DNA from: Kudoa neothunni
Taxonomy: Eukaryota > Animalia > Cnidaria
DNA: 64,000 nucleotides
Assembly (NCBI GenBank): GCA_964304625.1
Contig: OZ199838.1
Coordinates: 3,794,705 to 3,858,704, forward strand
Direction of reading: 5' to 3'
Below are positions 36,426 through 49,524 of this stretch, one piece after another. Made by a program: the position numbers and the translations under genes. Positions within the stretch are counted from its first letter, which is position 1; each line of letters opens with the position of its first letter. Below the pieces are notes generated by a model, which was given only the letters and a program-made list of their open reading frames with translations, did no database searches and had not been told where the DNA came from.

Positions 36426-39400
36426 ATGGATGTTAAAATAAAAATTAAAACACTGCCTTCTGATGACGATTCAAATTCTATCAACGGAATGACGAATAAA
36501 TCCACAAAGCGAGAAAATATTTTGAAAGTTGAGATTCAAGGTAGATCGGAGTGGAGTGCCGTCTTTTAGTTTATTAATTCGTGTGAACCATCATTAAACA
36601 TTGAAATCTAGGATCGAAAAATGACGATATCGTTGAAAATGGTACACAAAAACGTCCAACATCGTTGTCGAAAGTTTATCATAATTTCTGTGCGGCGCTT
36701 TGCATGACAACCATTTTAGGCGGTCAAAAAACGTAAATCAATTGAGCTCAGTTCTCAAGAGGCAATGCCGATTCTCCGGAAATAATTTTAATGATTAGTC
36801 TTTAGATCACACCCAATCACAAACCGAAAAAGCGAATTTTGGAGGATGATGATGATGATTTTGTTACTGTTCCTAAAGTACACACCAAATAAATAAATAA
36901 TTTAGTAATTTTTATCATTTAGCATCACAAAAAGAAAAAAGTCAAAAAAATTGAGGAAGATGACGAGGATGATTTGGATTCAGTGGTAAAACCAAAAAAG
37001 TCATCCAACAAAGAAAAAGTAATGGAGTTGGTAAAGTTTGTTTTTTTGATGTTGATTAGAAAAGTAAAATAAAGCATGAGGACCAACTTCTAGATGAAGT
37101 AACTTTTGCAGTTTTTAAACAATCATCAATTTGTGTGTGTGTATTAGGTAAAAGTGAAGAAAGAAGAGCAAAAGTTGGCGGAAAAGTCTAAAAAAGTATC
37201 TCGTTGTTATTGAAATAAATGTGAACACCTTTTAATGTAGAAAAAAAAGACATCCAAAGATAGTGAAGTTGTTTCGAAAAAGGTTTTTGTTTAGTAGGGT
37301 TTAACGCTCTCATAATTTTGTTAGAAAATAAAATCTGAAAAGATTCCGAAAGTTAAGGAGGAGAGTAAAAAACGAACCAAGGTAAAATGTAGTTTCAATA
37401 GGATATTATTGATATTTCAAAAAGGTGGTTGCGGAACCCGTTGAAACGTGGAAATGGTGGGAAGAAGAACCACTACCTGAAGGCATTAAATGGATGAAAT
37501 TAGAACATAACGGACCGTTTTTCCCACCAGAATACGAATCGTTGCCTTCACATATACATTTTTATTATAACGGCCAGAAAATGAAATTGTCTAAGGATGC
37601 TGAAGAAGTCGCTAGTTTCTACGCCAAGATGCTGGATCATGATTACACCAAAAAGGAGATTTTCAACAAAAACTTTTTTGGAGATTGGCTTGAGACAATG
37701 ACCAGAGAAGAACGATCTATCATCAAGGATCTTACCAAATGCGACTTCAAAGAAATGGCCGAATATTACACCAAACTACACGAACAAAAAAAAGAAATGT
37801 CAAAAGAAGAAAAAGATAAAATCAAACTAGAAAATCAAGCTATTCAAGAAAAATACGGAATATGTATGATGGATGGGCACAAACAAAAGGTAGGGAACTT
37901 TCGAGTTGAACCTCCAGGCCTTTTTCGTGGTCGAGGAGACCATCCAAAACAAGGAAAACTTAAGAAACGCGTTCTACCCTCCGATATTACTATCAATATT
38001 GGAAAGTATATACTTTTTTAAATTTTCCGACTATTCTTCCTTATTAGAGAAGCTACCGTACCCGAACCTCCTTATGGAAAATGGAAAGGGGTGTGTCATG
38101 ATAACACTGTATCACAATTGTTGATGAATAGATGTTTTTAATTGGTATTAGGTTGCTTGGTTAGCCTGTTGGATTGAAAATATTGGTGGCAACTATAAAT
38201 ATGTTATGCTTAATCCTACCGCTAAGTTGAAGGTAATTTACTTGTTAATTCTTAAATAATTTAATTGATTGATTGATTAATAGTTTATTTACATATTTTG
38301 TTATTGTAGGGTCAAAAAGATATGGAAAAGTTTAATATTGCAAGAAATCTTCGAGTAATCAAAATCAACAGTCAACAATTCTATGATAAGTTTTGTCTTG
38401 ATTTATTCAATTAGAACCATATCGACACCATTCGCAAAAACTACAGAGAAGATTGGAAAGTCAAAGATATGAAAACCCGTCAACGATCTGTCGCGTTATA
38501 TTTCATTGACAAATTGGCACTTAGAGCAGGTCATGAGAAAGAAGAGGGAGAATCTGCAGACACTGTTGGTTGTTGTTCACTTCGAGTAGAACACATTAAA
38601 CTTCACCCCACCTACGAAGGTGATGATTATGTGGTTGAGTTTGATTTCCTCGGCAAAGATTCTATTCGTTATCGAAATTTTGTGCCTATTGAGAAACAAG
38701 TTTATAAAAATTTGAAACTATTTATGAAGAACAAAGAGCCTGGCGATGATCTTTTTGATTGTCTTGCGGTAGATTTTGTTTGTAGTTGTTCGGTTCTGAG
38801 GTATTTTGTTGTGTAGACATCCATGCTTAATCGTTACCTGAATGAATTGATGAACAACCTCACAGCAAAAGTTTTTCGTACTTACAACGCATCCAGCACT
38901 CTACAACAACAACTCGATCTACTCACTCAACAAGACAGCACTATCAATGAAAAAGTTCTCTCTTACAATAGAGCCAACAGAGCTGTTGCCATTCTTTGTA
39001 ACCATCAAGTACAGTTTAATTAATTCTTCTTTAATTAATGTTTGGCTGGGATTTTATGTTAATTTTTATAATGTAGAGGTCTGTACCAAAAACATTTGAA
39101 AAAACGATGGAAAATTTAAACAATAAAGTAGCTATTAAGTTTAATATTACAGAATAATTACATGATAAAATGTAATTAAATTCATAATGTAGCTTATTGA
39201 AAAGAAAAAAGAAATTTCAACTCTTAAACAAGAACTCAGCCAATTAAAACATGATGGAAAGGATAAAAATCAAAAGTAGCAACTTTGATAATTTTCAATT
39301 ATATCTAGTTTATAAAATTATTTAATTAAATATTTTATTATTTAAGAGAGATTGAGAAAAAGAAGAAAAAATTAAACACAGCAAAGGAACAGCGACTCAA

Positions 39401-39648
39401 AATGGAGTTGAATATCACAGATAAGGATGAAAACAAGGAAATCGCTCTAGGAACCTCCAAACTTAACTACCTCGATCCTAGAATTACAGTCGCTTGGTAA
39501 CGTGTTTCAGTGGCTATTTTCTAATAGAATTGTGTGTGAGTTTAGGTGCCTACAATACAATGTCCCCATTGAAAAGGTTTACAACAAAACTCACAGAGAA
39601 AAATTCCAATGGGCCGTTGATATGGCGGATCAAAATTTTCGTTTCTGA
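36426..39648 (+). CDS. TOP1: DNA topoisomerase IB (about 18 short introns, ~41-77 bp)
   Basis: Lys/Glu-rich N-terminus split into micro-exons; [83 protein letters not shown]; catalytic [11 protein letters not shown] (~39450-39482); stop TGA at 39648. Confidence 0.96.
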
Positions 39649-41774
39649 ATCACTTAAACACTTTGGTTTCATCAAAATATTTTTTTCGTTATTTTTCTGT
39701 TAGATATGTACTATAAATACTATCTTAGATGTGTTGAAGTTATTTGATAGTTGTTTTTTTTTCGACTAAGTAATTGGTGAATTTGTGTCCTATGCGACTT
39801 GGAAATTTATTCGATTTACCGAAAATAAAATGTATTTCGGCGGACCTTACTTAAGGTAGAAAAATGAAAAATACTCCAAATTTTTATTTTATCATTTCTC
39901 ACAAAAAATTTCATAAGAAGAAATATTGGAGATTTTGGTGGGTATACAAAAAGAATACAGTGTTACAACGTAAATAAATTCGTCAATAACGTCGATAATC
40001 CTACAAATGCCATTTTTATTAACAACCGTCGCATTAGCTTTCTAGTTGGATTTCAATTTAGTGTGTTATTCTAAATTAAAGCTTTAAAGCTAAAATATTA
40101 ATCTACATTTCGACTTAGATTATTTTTTGTGTCACAAATAAACCGCAGTTAATGCAAACAAGATTCGCGAACATGTATTGGGTGGTTCTTACAGAAATAT
40201 TTATTGCATATTGCGCACTCAAGGTTTTTTTTATTCAAATTTCTTGTCAAAAGTCGCTTATTGATATTTTAAGTCGAGAATTTTGTCAACATGATATCTT
40301 TGGAGTGGTGATAGAAGTCGTTATTAGATTTTTAGTTTTCATTTTTGTCTCTATTGGTAGGTCATGTAGTAACTTTATCATCATTACAAGAACTTTCTCC
40401 AGAGAGTATATCTCGAAAACCTCGTCTTTATATAGAATCACGTGACTTATTTACAGTTTGTGAGTGTCATATCGTGGCATCTAGTTTATAGAAAATACTA
40501 AAACTTGTCATTTGTGCTAAAAATTACATATTATTTAATTTTCGCTAAGAAAAATATGGGGTATTTTTCTGTCCCAGGTTCCGGTTCCATTGGAAGATGA
40601 AAAATGTATATTTCCACCCATACTATATTTAAACAATTTTATTTTATTTCATTTTAATTTAATTTATAAATAATGCATTACACAACAAACATAGTTTCAT
40701 TGGGATAGTTTTCTACCCCAATTCCATTAGAGGGTTAGTGGAAAAGTTTCGTTTTAATGAGTGGATAATGTAATAGGATAGGTAAACTTTTTACAATTCT
40801 ACGTTAAATTAGAGCTCGTTATTATTTACGTTTATATCAATGCTGGGCATAGTCCGGCGCACGGATGAGTTGGAGACTGAACAAATTCGTGGGCATGTAC
40901 GCGTTTTCTACAATCTGATAACACGAAAACAGTGATTTTCTTCCATAAACAAATTTAAAAATCATTTTTTGATAAATATTGTAGATTTTTATATGTTAAT
41001 TTTACGTATTTTAGTCATCCAGTTTGATATTTTACCTACGATTGCATCCTGCCTATGATTATCGTATCTACTAGTGATGAAGGTATGGTCTAATACGCGC
41101 TTAAAACAAAATACAATGGGTTATGTGGTTCATAATTTGTTCTTCATCACAATGGGATTACGAACCACCCGTTGTCTACTGTATAATTCACAAAAATTGC
41201 AAAGTTAACTATATTTATGGTTGTAATTAAGAATTACAATTTTGTCAGGCATAAAATTCATAGTCTATTTATTTGATCATAGTAGAAAGTTGCGTAAATG
41301 TTAATAAGGTGTTCATTTGTCGAGTTTCCAACTTTTTTTATAATTTCTTTATTAGCCACCTTTTGGAGATAGGTATATAATTTCATGAATTACTGTATAT
41401 GACGCTAGAAAATATCTAACAAACGGTGATTATTGTATCATTATTTTAAATTTCTAGCACCAAATCAACTAAACTCCACCAGATTAAAAATTAGAGCTAA
41501 TCAATTTAATTTATAAGTTTAAATGATTCAGAATTTTAAATTATTAGAAGTATACGAATCAAATTAATCTTGAAACATGTATTTTAAACGATTCGTACGT
41601 TTTACATTAATAATCTTGCTATATTAGAGTGTCGACTTTCACTTTTGTTTCAGTTGAGATAAATAAAAACGTTAAAGGAATTAAAGGATCACATTTGATT
41701 TAGGCTTCCCATTAAAATTTCCTTTTTTAATGATTAATAATTGATACGTCAGTGTTTGTACCGCCCTTTATAAT

Positions 41775-43658
41775 CAGGTATCGCTGTTTTCGACGTTTAT
41801 TTGTAAAACTACAATGCGCAGAAATTTGAGAAAACAAGCATCAAAATCAAGATATGCTAAATTAAATAGTTAATTTGCCATTAAAATATAATATTGACAA
41901 CATGCGAGAACGATCTGGCGACAGTTTCGCCCTATCCATGGTCAACACATGCTTTAATTTTGAAAAGTTACGTTCAACTGCGATCGAAGACAGTGGAATT
42001 GACGTCAAATCTAAAGTAACTTATGAAAGTATGGGCTACTTTCTAGTATACTCTCTCTCGACGTTTATTTCAAAATTTTCTCCTTGGTCGTCACATTAAG
42101 GAAGTTATACATTCACTATTGAGTCCATCAAGGTCGTTGCTTCCAACATAAGAAGAAATTAGTTCGAAATTAACAGCTTTAAAATTAAGACTGCATAGAT
42201 CAAGACCACCCATCGTTTTTAAGAAATCAGGGGAAGCGGAACAACCTCCAGTCTGCTTTGTCACTATTATTGATAGTTCCAAGATCAAAGAATCAATGAA
42301 TTGCGCCATTTTCTCCAAGATCTTTTGTCGACAACCAAAAGGAAACATTGAAATAATATTTTCATAATTACTTAATCTTTCTTCCTTAGGAATATTATAT
42401 TTATTGTTTATACAATTGTAAAGATATGTAAGTCCAAAGGAATTATCAGATTCAATTAAGGATGAAAATTTGTATAATGGATCAGGGGAAAATATTATAA
42501 ATTGTATACAAATAGACAATTCGTTGAAAGATTATTCGGAGAGTTCAACGTGTTCAATAAATTTGGAGAGGATTTCGTGTCCATATTCCAGAAAAAATTC
42601 TCTTATTGCTTGGAAATAATATCTACAACAAAAAACACCTGTAAAAGCTGTAACACCTAATGTTGAGCATTCTTGGAATTTCTTTACGATATTCGATTTT
42701 TTGTTTATCCAAATAATGCAAAAAGCTGGTTTTTACTTAGTAATGCAGAAAAGTTCATACAGGAATGTTTGACATGATGGAATACAGTATCTATTGATTT
42801 TTCACGGTCAAATGGATAAGGTGTGAAAAACACAGTATCCTAATAATTTTATGATACATGATAGATATACTTCTGTAACATTTCTTCATATATGATGCAG
42901 AATCAGCTACAATTGCCATTAATTGTTTTCACATAATTTCATAATTATTTAGGGTTTCCGATACTTCATTGACAATTATAATGGCATTGTACTCGCAGAA
43001 AATTTTCAAATTAAGCAAAAGTACTCTCCTCATTGATGTCTCATTGTCGTAAAAACAAGCCAAAATATTTAGAAAGAGCTTATTTCTAAAATCTGGCGAT
43101 TCATCGATAATAAGATAAAATCGCTTATTTTTTAGCAAGAATTTCACACATTCATTATTTTGTTGAAATAAAAATGGCAGTTGCTTTTCAACCAAGGCTC
43201 GACTATTAGGTAATGATCTGGAAGGCACACAGTATTTAGCCAAAAACTTGCGCAACGTACTTTTTTTATCAATGGAAGACCATCATATACAACCATGGAA
43301 ACCAAATCTATTTCGATATCAGTGTAATTCTTGTCTCTGAAAAGGAGATTAAGAGCTGGTTGGGAATTTTCATGAGATAATTTTGTAGATATATGTTTTT
43401 TTTGAGTTGACGTATTCTACAACTTTATTTTCTTGCATGGGTAGTTTTATTTTGCCATATTTGCAAACAAGATTTTCGCCTATGATTTCCAAATCATAGA
43501 TGTATTCAATCAAAAAGCTGTCAATTGATCTTCGTTTTCTTCTCATTTAAATTTAAACTTCCTAGCGAAAAAGGCGAAAGAATCCGCCCATAAAAAAACG
43601 TCGAAAATTTTTCAAAAATTTGACGGAAATCGATTCTAATTGAAAACGGCAATGCCTA
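41775..43658 (-). mobile_element. Full-extent decayed hAT transposon with TIRs and degenerate 8-bp TSD
   Basis: TIRs CAGGTATCGCTGTTTTC / TAGGCATTGCCGTTTTC differ only by transitions. Flanks TTTATAAT / TTAGTAAT. Transposase motifs FYLIIDESPD, IVADSASY, CVFH (CxxH), IPLSSIAVERNFS; frameshifted. Confidence 0.85.
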
Positions 43659-43683
43659 TTAGTAATATTACAGTACTAGGTAG

Positions 43684-44790
43684 GTTAAGTCCACAAAGTA
43701 TACTACTTAAGGGTTAGCGACCACTCATCGTTAAGTCCACTGCCAATGATTTCCCCATTTCTGTCTTTTGATACAGTAGGCAATCGATTTTGCATACTTT
43801 TATCATCTTTTCTTTATTTGTGAACTTTTTTAATTCAAATTATATCATGATATTCCAATATCGAATCTTTACTTTTACAGACACTTTCAGAGTAGACAAG
43901 AAACAACAAGTTAAAAAGTACGAAAAATCGATTGTCTACTGTAATATTTTTAACGATGAAGATAACTCCATCCATTATCTCATCGCTGTTGTTATATTTA
44001 AAGCACCAAAGAGTTGTAATGAGTGTTATCGTACCAACCATTCTATACGTCGAAAAAATTGGCGATGCTGTTCGAAATTGTGTGAAAAAGAAACCTCTAT
44101 TTTTGATTCGACATTTTTCAGTAATATGAAAATTAAACTACATGATTTTTTGGAATTATCATATTACTGGTTGGTGGGCACAATTACCGGACATTCGTCT
44201 CAAACAATAACTAACTATTGTCATTATCTTCGCCAGATGGTAGCGGATAGTTTAGACTTTGAAGGTATAGTTATTTGAGGAGAAAACATAGTTGTAGAGA
44301 TCGATGAGTCCAAATTCGGAAAGGTGAAGCATAACAGAGGGAACGGCGTTTATGTAGCCTGGGTTCTTGGGGGTGTAGAAAGGACACCCGAACGAAAGAT
44401 GTTTTTGGTGGAGGTTCCTGACAGAACCCCCGAGGCTCTTATCCAAAAAATCAAAACTTACGTCCATTCTGGGTCTATTATCATAACTTATTGATTCAAA
44501 AGTTACGGAACATTACACAATTTCTACACTCACCTCACTGTGAATCACAGTATAGAATGTGTGGATAGTACCACAGGAGCTCATACAAACACCGTTGAAG
44601 TTACCTGGGTTGCTATCAAATATAAAATATCACAAAGAAACAGGACTTCTTCGGTTAATGAAGATGGTTCTGTCAGTATGGATAGTATCAACGAGTTTCT
44701 CAGTTAACTTCGATGAAGAAGGGAAAACAATCACGATTTACGAGATGACTTTATATTCTCATTAAAAAATTTTAAATTTACTATAAATTA
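43684..44790 (+). mobile_element. Merlin/ISXO2-like transposase pseudogene
   Basis: SCNEC...WRCCSKLC zinc ribbon, SIFDSTFF, VVEIDESKFGKVKHNRG, WVLGGVER, EVPDRT, VNHS, GAHTNTVE. In-frame stops (e.g. 44276). Right TIR not found. Confidence 0.85.
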
Positions 44791-44995
44791 GATTTGTATC
44801 TGTTGTGTTTTTCGTATTTTTTTATCAATTGCGCTAATCCTATGTTAATTTGAGATTAGGAGGTTTATTTAAAAGTTCAGCCGAATTAAATGATATTTTT
44901 AATCAATACTCATCTACTAAAGTAATGTATTGTTTGTCTTCAAGTAGTTCACCACAAATTCTCTCCCGCATGCGCGTTCGAATATTATGGAACAG

Positions 44996-45040
44996 CTGGG
45001 GCCGGATTTGACCCGCGGACCGTACTTTGACGGCCCCTCT
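44996..45040. repeat. Isolated hAT (Charlie-like) terminal fragment
   Basis: GGGCCGGATTTGACCCGCGGACCGTACTTTGACGGCCCCT resembles the GC-rich subterminal palindrome and ...CCCCTG end of hAT MITEs. Confidence 0.4.
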
Positions 45041-46402
45041 ACTAAATCACGAGCCTTAACAACAGTAATCCACCCAGTGCTAATTTTCACTTTTTGAAAT
45101 ATAATAATTTTCGACCAACATCGGTTATTCTATTCGATCTTGAATAATCAGTTCTCTTCCCAAGGGAGTATCAAAATTGATATTTTGGGCGATAAATAAT
45201 CTTGAAGTTAATTATCAATTATTTCAATTTTATAATTTGAAGACACGCAATAGAATTATTTTATTCCGAAAGTTTATATGAACTCTCTGTATTTTATGCT
45301 ATTCAGTTTCACTCAAAATTAGCAATATAACTCCGTGTTTTTTTATTATAACTAATTGGACAATTTATGCAAAATTAACATTATATGCTAGTACGTCAAA
45401 GTAGATAACCAATAATGGCACGATTATTTCCACAAAATAAATTACAATATAGACGGTGAATAACTAATATGTGTATTTGAATAGGAAATTTTAATATAAT
45501 AAATATTATATTTGAATTTGCTGCAAAATAAGTCACTAGGAACATTTTCTAAGGAATCTAATCTATGGAAAATCGTTATATACAGTTGAAAAAGTTATTA
45601 AAGTGTGTTGTTTTCATCAAAAACAAAATGGTGAATGTTGGCGAATATAGAAACGAAAATCATTTTAACTAATAGATCGTAGACGATCTTTGTAATATGT
45701 GTAATGACGTCTCATTTTATGAGTTAAAACTACGATTCCATGTTAAATGTTCAAAAAATCAATATTTGTTGCAAAGAATAAATACATAATTTATTGGTAT
45801 CAACAAAAATATACATCATATTCTCATGTAAAAGTATTTGAGGTAAGATTCACCGCTGGTCAATAGATTATATTGTATTATTTCTGTATCAATATAATAT
45901 CATTTGAAAAGTATCTATATGTTGGTCAGCTGTAACTATTGTTGTTGGTGTAATTTGGAGGGTGTTATTTAATTCGATATGTTCAATTCAAAGGATTATT
46001 TAATTGCTCAATTTTATTGTGAGCACTATGCGTAATAAATAAATAAATAAATTGAATATAATAGCAAGCATAAAATCACACGCAACTATATTATTATATC
46101 CAACAACTCGATAATGCGCACTCACACCAAATTAACTAAATCCTTGGTGTGCATTATGAAAATGCCCTCATCTGCAAGTAGCTGTTAGTGTAGTTTTTAT
46201 AACTCACGAAATATTGTATTGTTAGGGCGCATCAAAAACTCATCAATCAATCAAGTATATCCACTGTCTGCGATATAGATTGTAGAGTGTGGGGAAACTC
46301 GTTTGTCCATAATAGATCTAATAAAATAAATAGTTATGAGTTTTAATATACAACATTTCCCCCAAACATATACATACGTTTGCTGAATTGTCTTATTTTT
46401 AG

Positions 46403-48124
46403 GACATAGCGGAAGATATAAAAATTGCTATGGCTTCGATGAAAATTTCCACAAATAACATATCAAATAATTCCAGTGAGAGATTGCTGCCAAGTGCTAT
46501 AACCAGTTATTCGGTGTGCAATCAAACACTTGTTGCGTTGCCCTCTTCAGACTCAACCATACACGATTACGATAATCAAGTGTTATTTGTGTTGGTTGAT
46601 ATGTATGAGGATGATTCCAATAAACCAAATTGCACCCAATGTGCTATATGTAAAGATAACTTTTTCATACCTAAAATAACCAAATGTGGCCACATTTTCT
46701 GCTATGCTTGCATTATGGGGTATATGGTAGCATGTGGGTCCACACAACTAGTTAAATGTCCTCTATGTTCGCGATGGATACATGCACCAGAGTTAAAATC
46801 GTTAATATGGAGGAATGTTAAAAGATTAAAAGTTGGCGATAAAATTAAATTCCATCTCTATCGTTATAACGTTGAGACAAACACGGTGGAAAGAATGCGC
46901 GAGAATTTCGATAAAACAACAAATCGAAGAAAAAATTTTAACAACCAACTACCACCTAAACATACTTTTGAATACCTTTGGAATCATGTGGAGCATTGGG
47001 GAAATGCTCAACTTTATGTCAACCAAACCGAACACAACCTCATTCTCCCAGACAATAATATTTATTTTGTTGCTAATGACCGACTAAATTTGACACTTTT
47101 TGATGTGGAAAAATCAGTTCTCATTGATCGAATCAATGATACCACTATAAGTGCTGAAGAAATGATGGCTTATTTGGCTTGCAATGATCATTTCAATGAT
47201 TTCATTGATAGATTAACAAAACAATTTCAAGCATACGCTGAACAACATCAACACCCATCTACAGCCATTAGCAACATCTACAATAAAAACTCTATCGATA
47301 CAAGTATCAATGAGATTCGATCATCAGCAAGAATCACCACCACTGTTAATAAAAAAAGTGATGATCCATGCAATGATACCATAGTTGCTGCTATTTCCAT
47401 TAAAGATGGTAATACGTTAGAAAAACACAGTGCATCTATCCCTATTATCCCTCTTGTGAAACCGGAATTTATCAAAACACCAAGAGATCTAAAAAACAGA
47501 TCCAGTCTAGTCAACGAAAATGATTATAGATTTATAAAATATTTATTTTTCTACAAAAACGAAATCTACTTTAACACCTATATGTCCAATATCAACTGCC
47601 ATCAGATTGCCAATTATCTGTTGAATAATAAGCGTATTTTTGATGACCAACTACATCTTCCGATCAAGGTTGAAGGTGTGTTATTTCAAGTAGAAAATTA
47701 TGAACCAGAAGTATTGCTACTATTATCATCTTTGTGATGTGGTGTTTTGAATTTTTTAATGTGTTTGTAATAGAGCGCCCAACTAGCAGATTTCACGTGG
47801 AAATATTGCAGTTCGATGGTGAAATTTTTAGGGTTCTGCAGTGTACAACTGACACATCCTTTTCAGCTTGAGATGCCACCTATTGGCGTCCTTCAATACA
47901 AATATTCCATCAAAAATCCGCGTGCGAATTACGCTGCCTCAAGTACCACCTCTTCTGTTACAGGCGATGCTGATTTACAAAACTCGCTTGAAAATTTTAA
48001 CTTAAATCTCACCAGGAATAGCACAGCTCCTGTTCAATATTTATCAACATCCATTAACAACACTACACACAATGCATATAGTGAAGTGTATCCAGATTTC
48101 CAATGTAAACCCAACCTAAATTAA
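46403..48124 (+). CDS. RNF10: C3HC4 RING finger E3 ligase, RNF10/Mag2-like (5' exons unresolved; probable intron ~47711-47773)
   Basis: CAIC...PKITKCGHIFCYACI...KCPLC followed by ELKSL...KVGDKIKFHL, as in RNF10. Splice acceptor at 46402. 435 aa ORF, continued in frame by the ORF ending at 48124. Confidence 0.7.
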
Positions 48125-49397
48125 TTTCAATGTGATTTACTAAGTTGAATTTTTAGCTTACTACTATGATTATTTTGGTAATAAAAACGATGACTTTCCT
48201 TCGTTTGATTAACAATTTCATTTTTTATTGTTTTTTGTAGTAAATTTTAGTTCATTGGTTTTGTTGGCTCAATGTTATTTGATTTTAAAAGTTTATTCCG
48301 CTTATTTTTGATTGCTATTATAGCTAAATTATAGTGTAGTTAGTGGGCGATTTTCCCAACTTTGTATGTGGCGTAATTTTTTCGTTTGTTTGATTTATGA
48401 GAAATATTTGATTATTTGATTAAATTCAATTTAATTATGCTCTAACTTTACAAATTTTAATCGGGTAACTTAATAAAATATTTAGTGTATTTATTAATAA
48501 AATTTTATCTAAATACATTTATTTTTATTTGATATATTTTCAGAAATATTTCTTGTCCTTTATATCTTATGAGAACCAATCCAAGTTTTTTTGCTTTTTA
48601 CCTTTCTTCTCCTACAGCAACTTTATTTAACTTTAATTTTATAGACTATCTGTCTTATAATTAGTATACGTTATTGCAGTATTTCAAAACGTGGGGCGCG
48701 GAAAATCCAGAGTACTGACGTGACAAGGATAATGGTGAGATAATTTGGCAATATGACGTACTTTGACGTCAATATTGCGATTTTCGATATCTCTTATTTT
48801 TTTGTAGCGATTAACACCATTAAAAATAAAAAAGCAATGACTAATTATATAAAAATGAATAGTAATATTTAACGTGCCCTTCATCCGAAGAGAATCAGAA
48901 TGCTTTGAATCTCAGTTTTGCCTCATTTAGAATCGTATATCCCCTTTTTGGATTAAAGCTAATATGACGTCGATTAATTTTGTATCTAAATTATTTATTT
49001 TCCGTTTATTAACCCCGTATACACGAATGTCTTTACTAATGAAGGTTGGATTATCACAAGTTTCATTTGACGCTGTTTTTGACGGAACGAAGAACTTAAG
49101 ATGTTAATTTTTAAGGTCCATCGATAAATTTAGTTAGATCTAATTGCAAAAATTTTAATTTTAAGGAGCAAAGAAGTATTCAGTGCAACCTCGGACTTCG
49201 ACCGTAATCCGTTCTAGAAATGTGTTCGAACTCTGAATCAATTTTTCCCAGGTAAAACAATGAAAATTAATTTAACCCGTACCTCTCATCAAATAAATTA
49301 CTATTTTTATTCTTATTTATCAAAAAATAAGCATGCCTTATGATTATAAAATATAACAAATAAATGCTAAATGTAATAATAAAAATGCAGTATACGA

Positions 49398-49524
49398 TGT
49401 AACACAGACTCCGAATAGGAATTCGAACCTGTTATTAGCATTAAAAGGCGGTGGTGCCATACCGCTCTTTCCTTGACCGTTCATATGATTGGTAGATTAC
49501 AACCCTTATAATCCACATGTTATA
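49398..49524 (-). repeat. ~130 bp dispersed repeat with LTR-like ends and a tRNA-Lys-like core (copy 1)
   Basis: Homologous to 56910-57040; shares GCATTAAAAGGCGGTGGTGCCATACC and TTCGAACC. Ends TGTAACA...TGTTATA. Confidence 0.7.
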
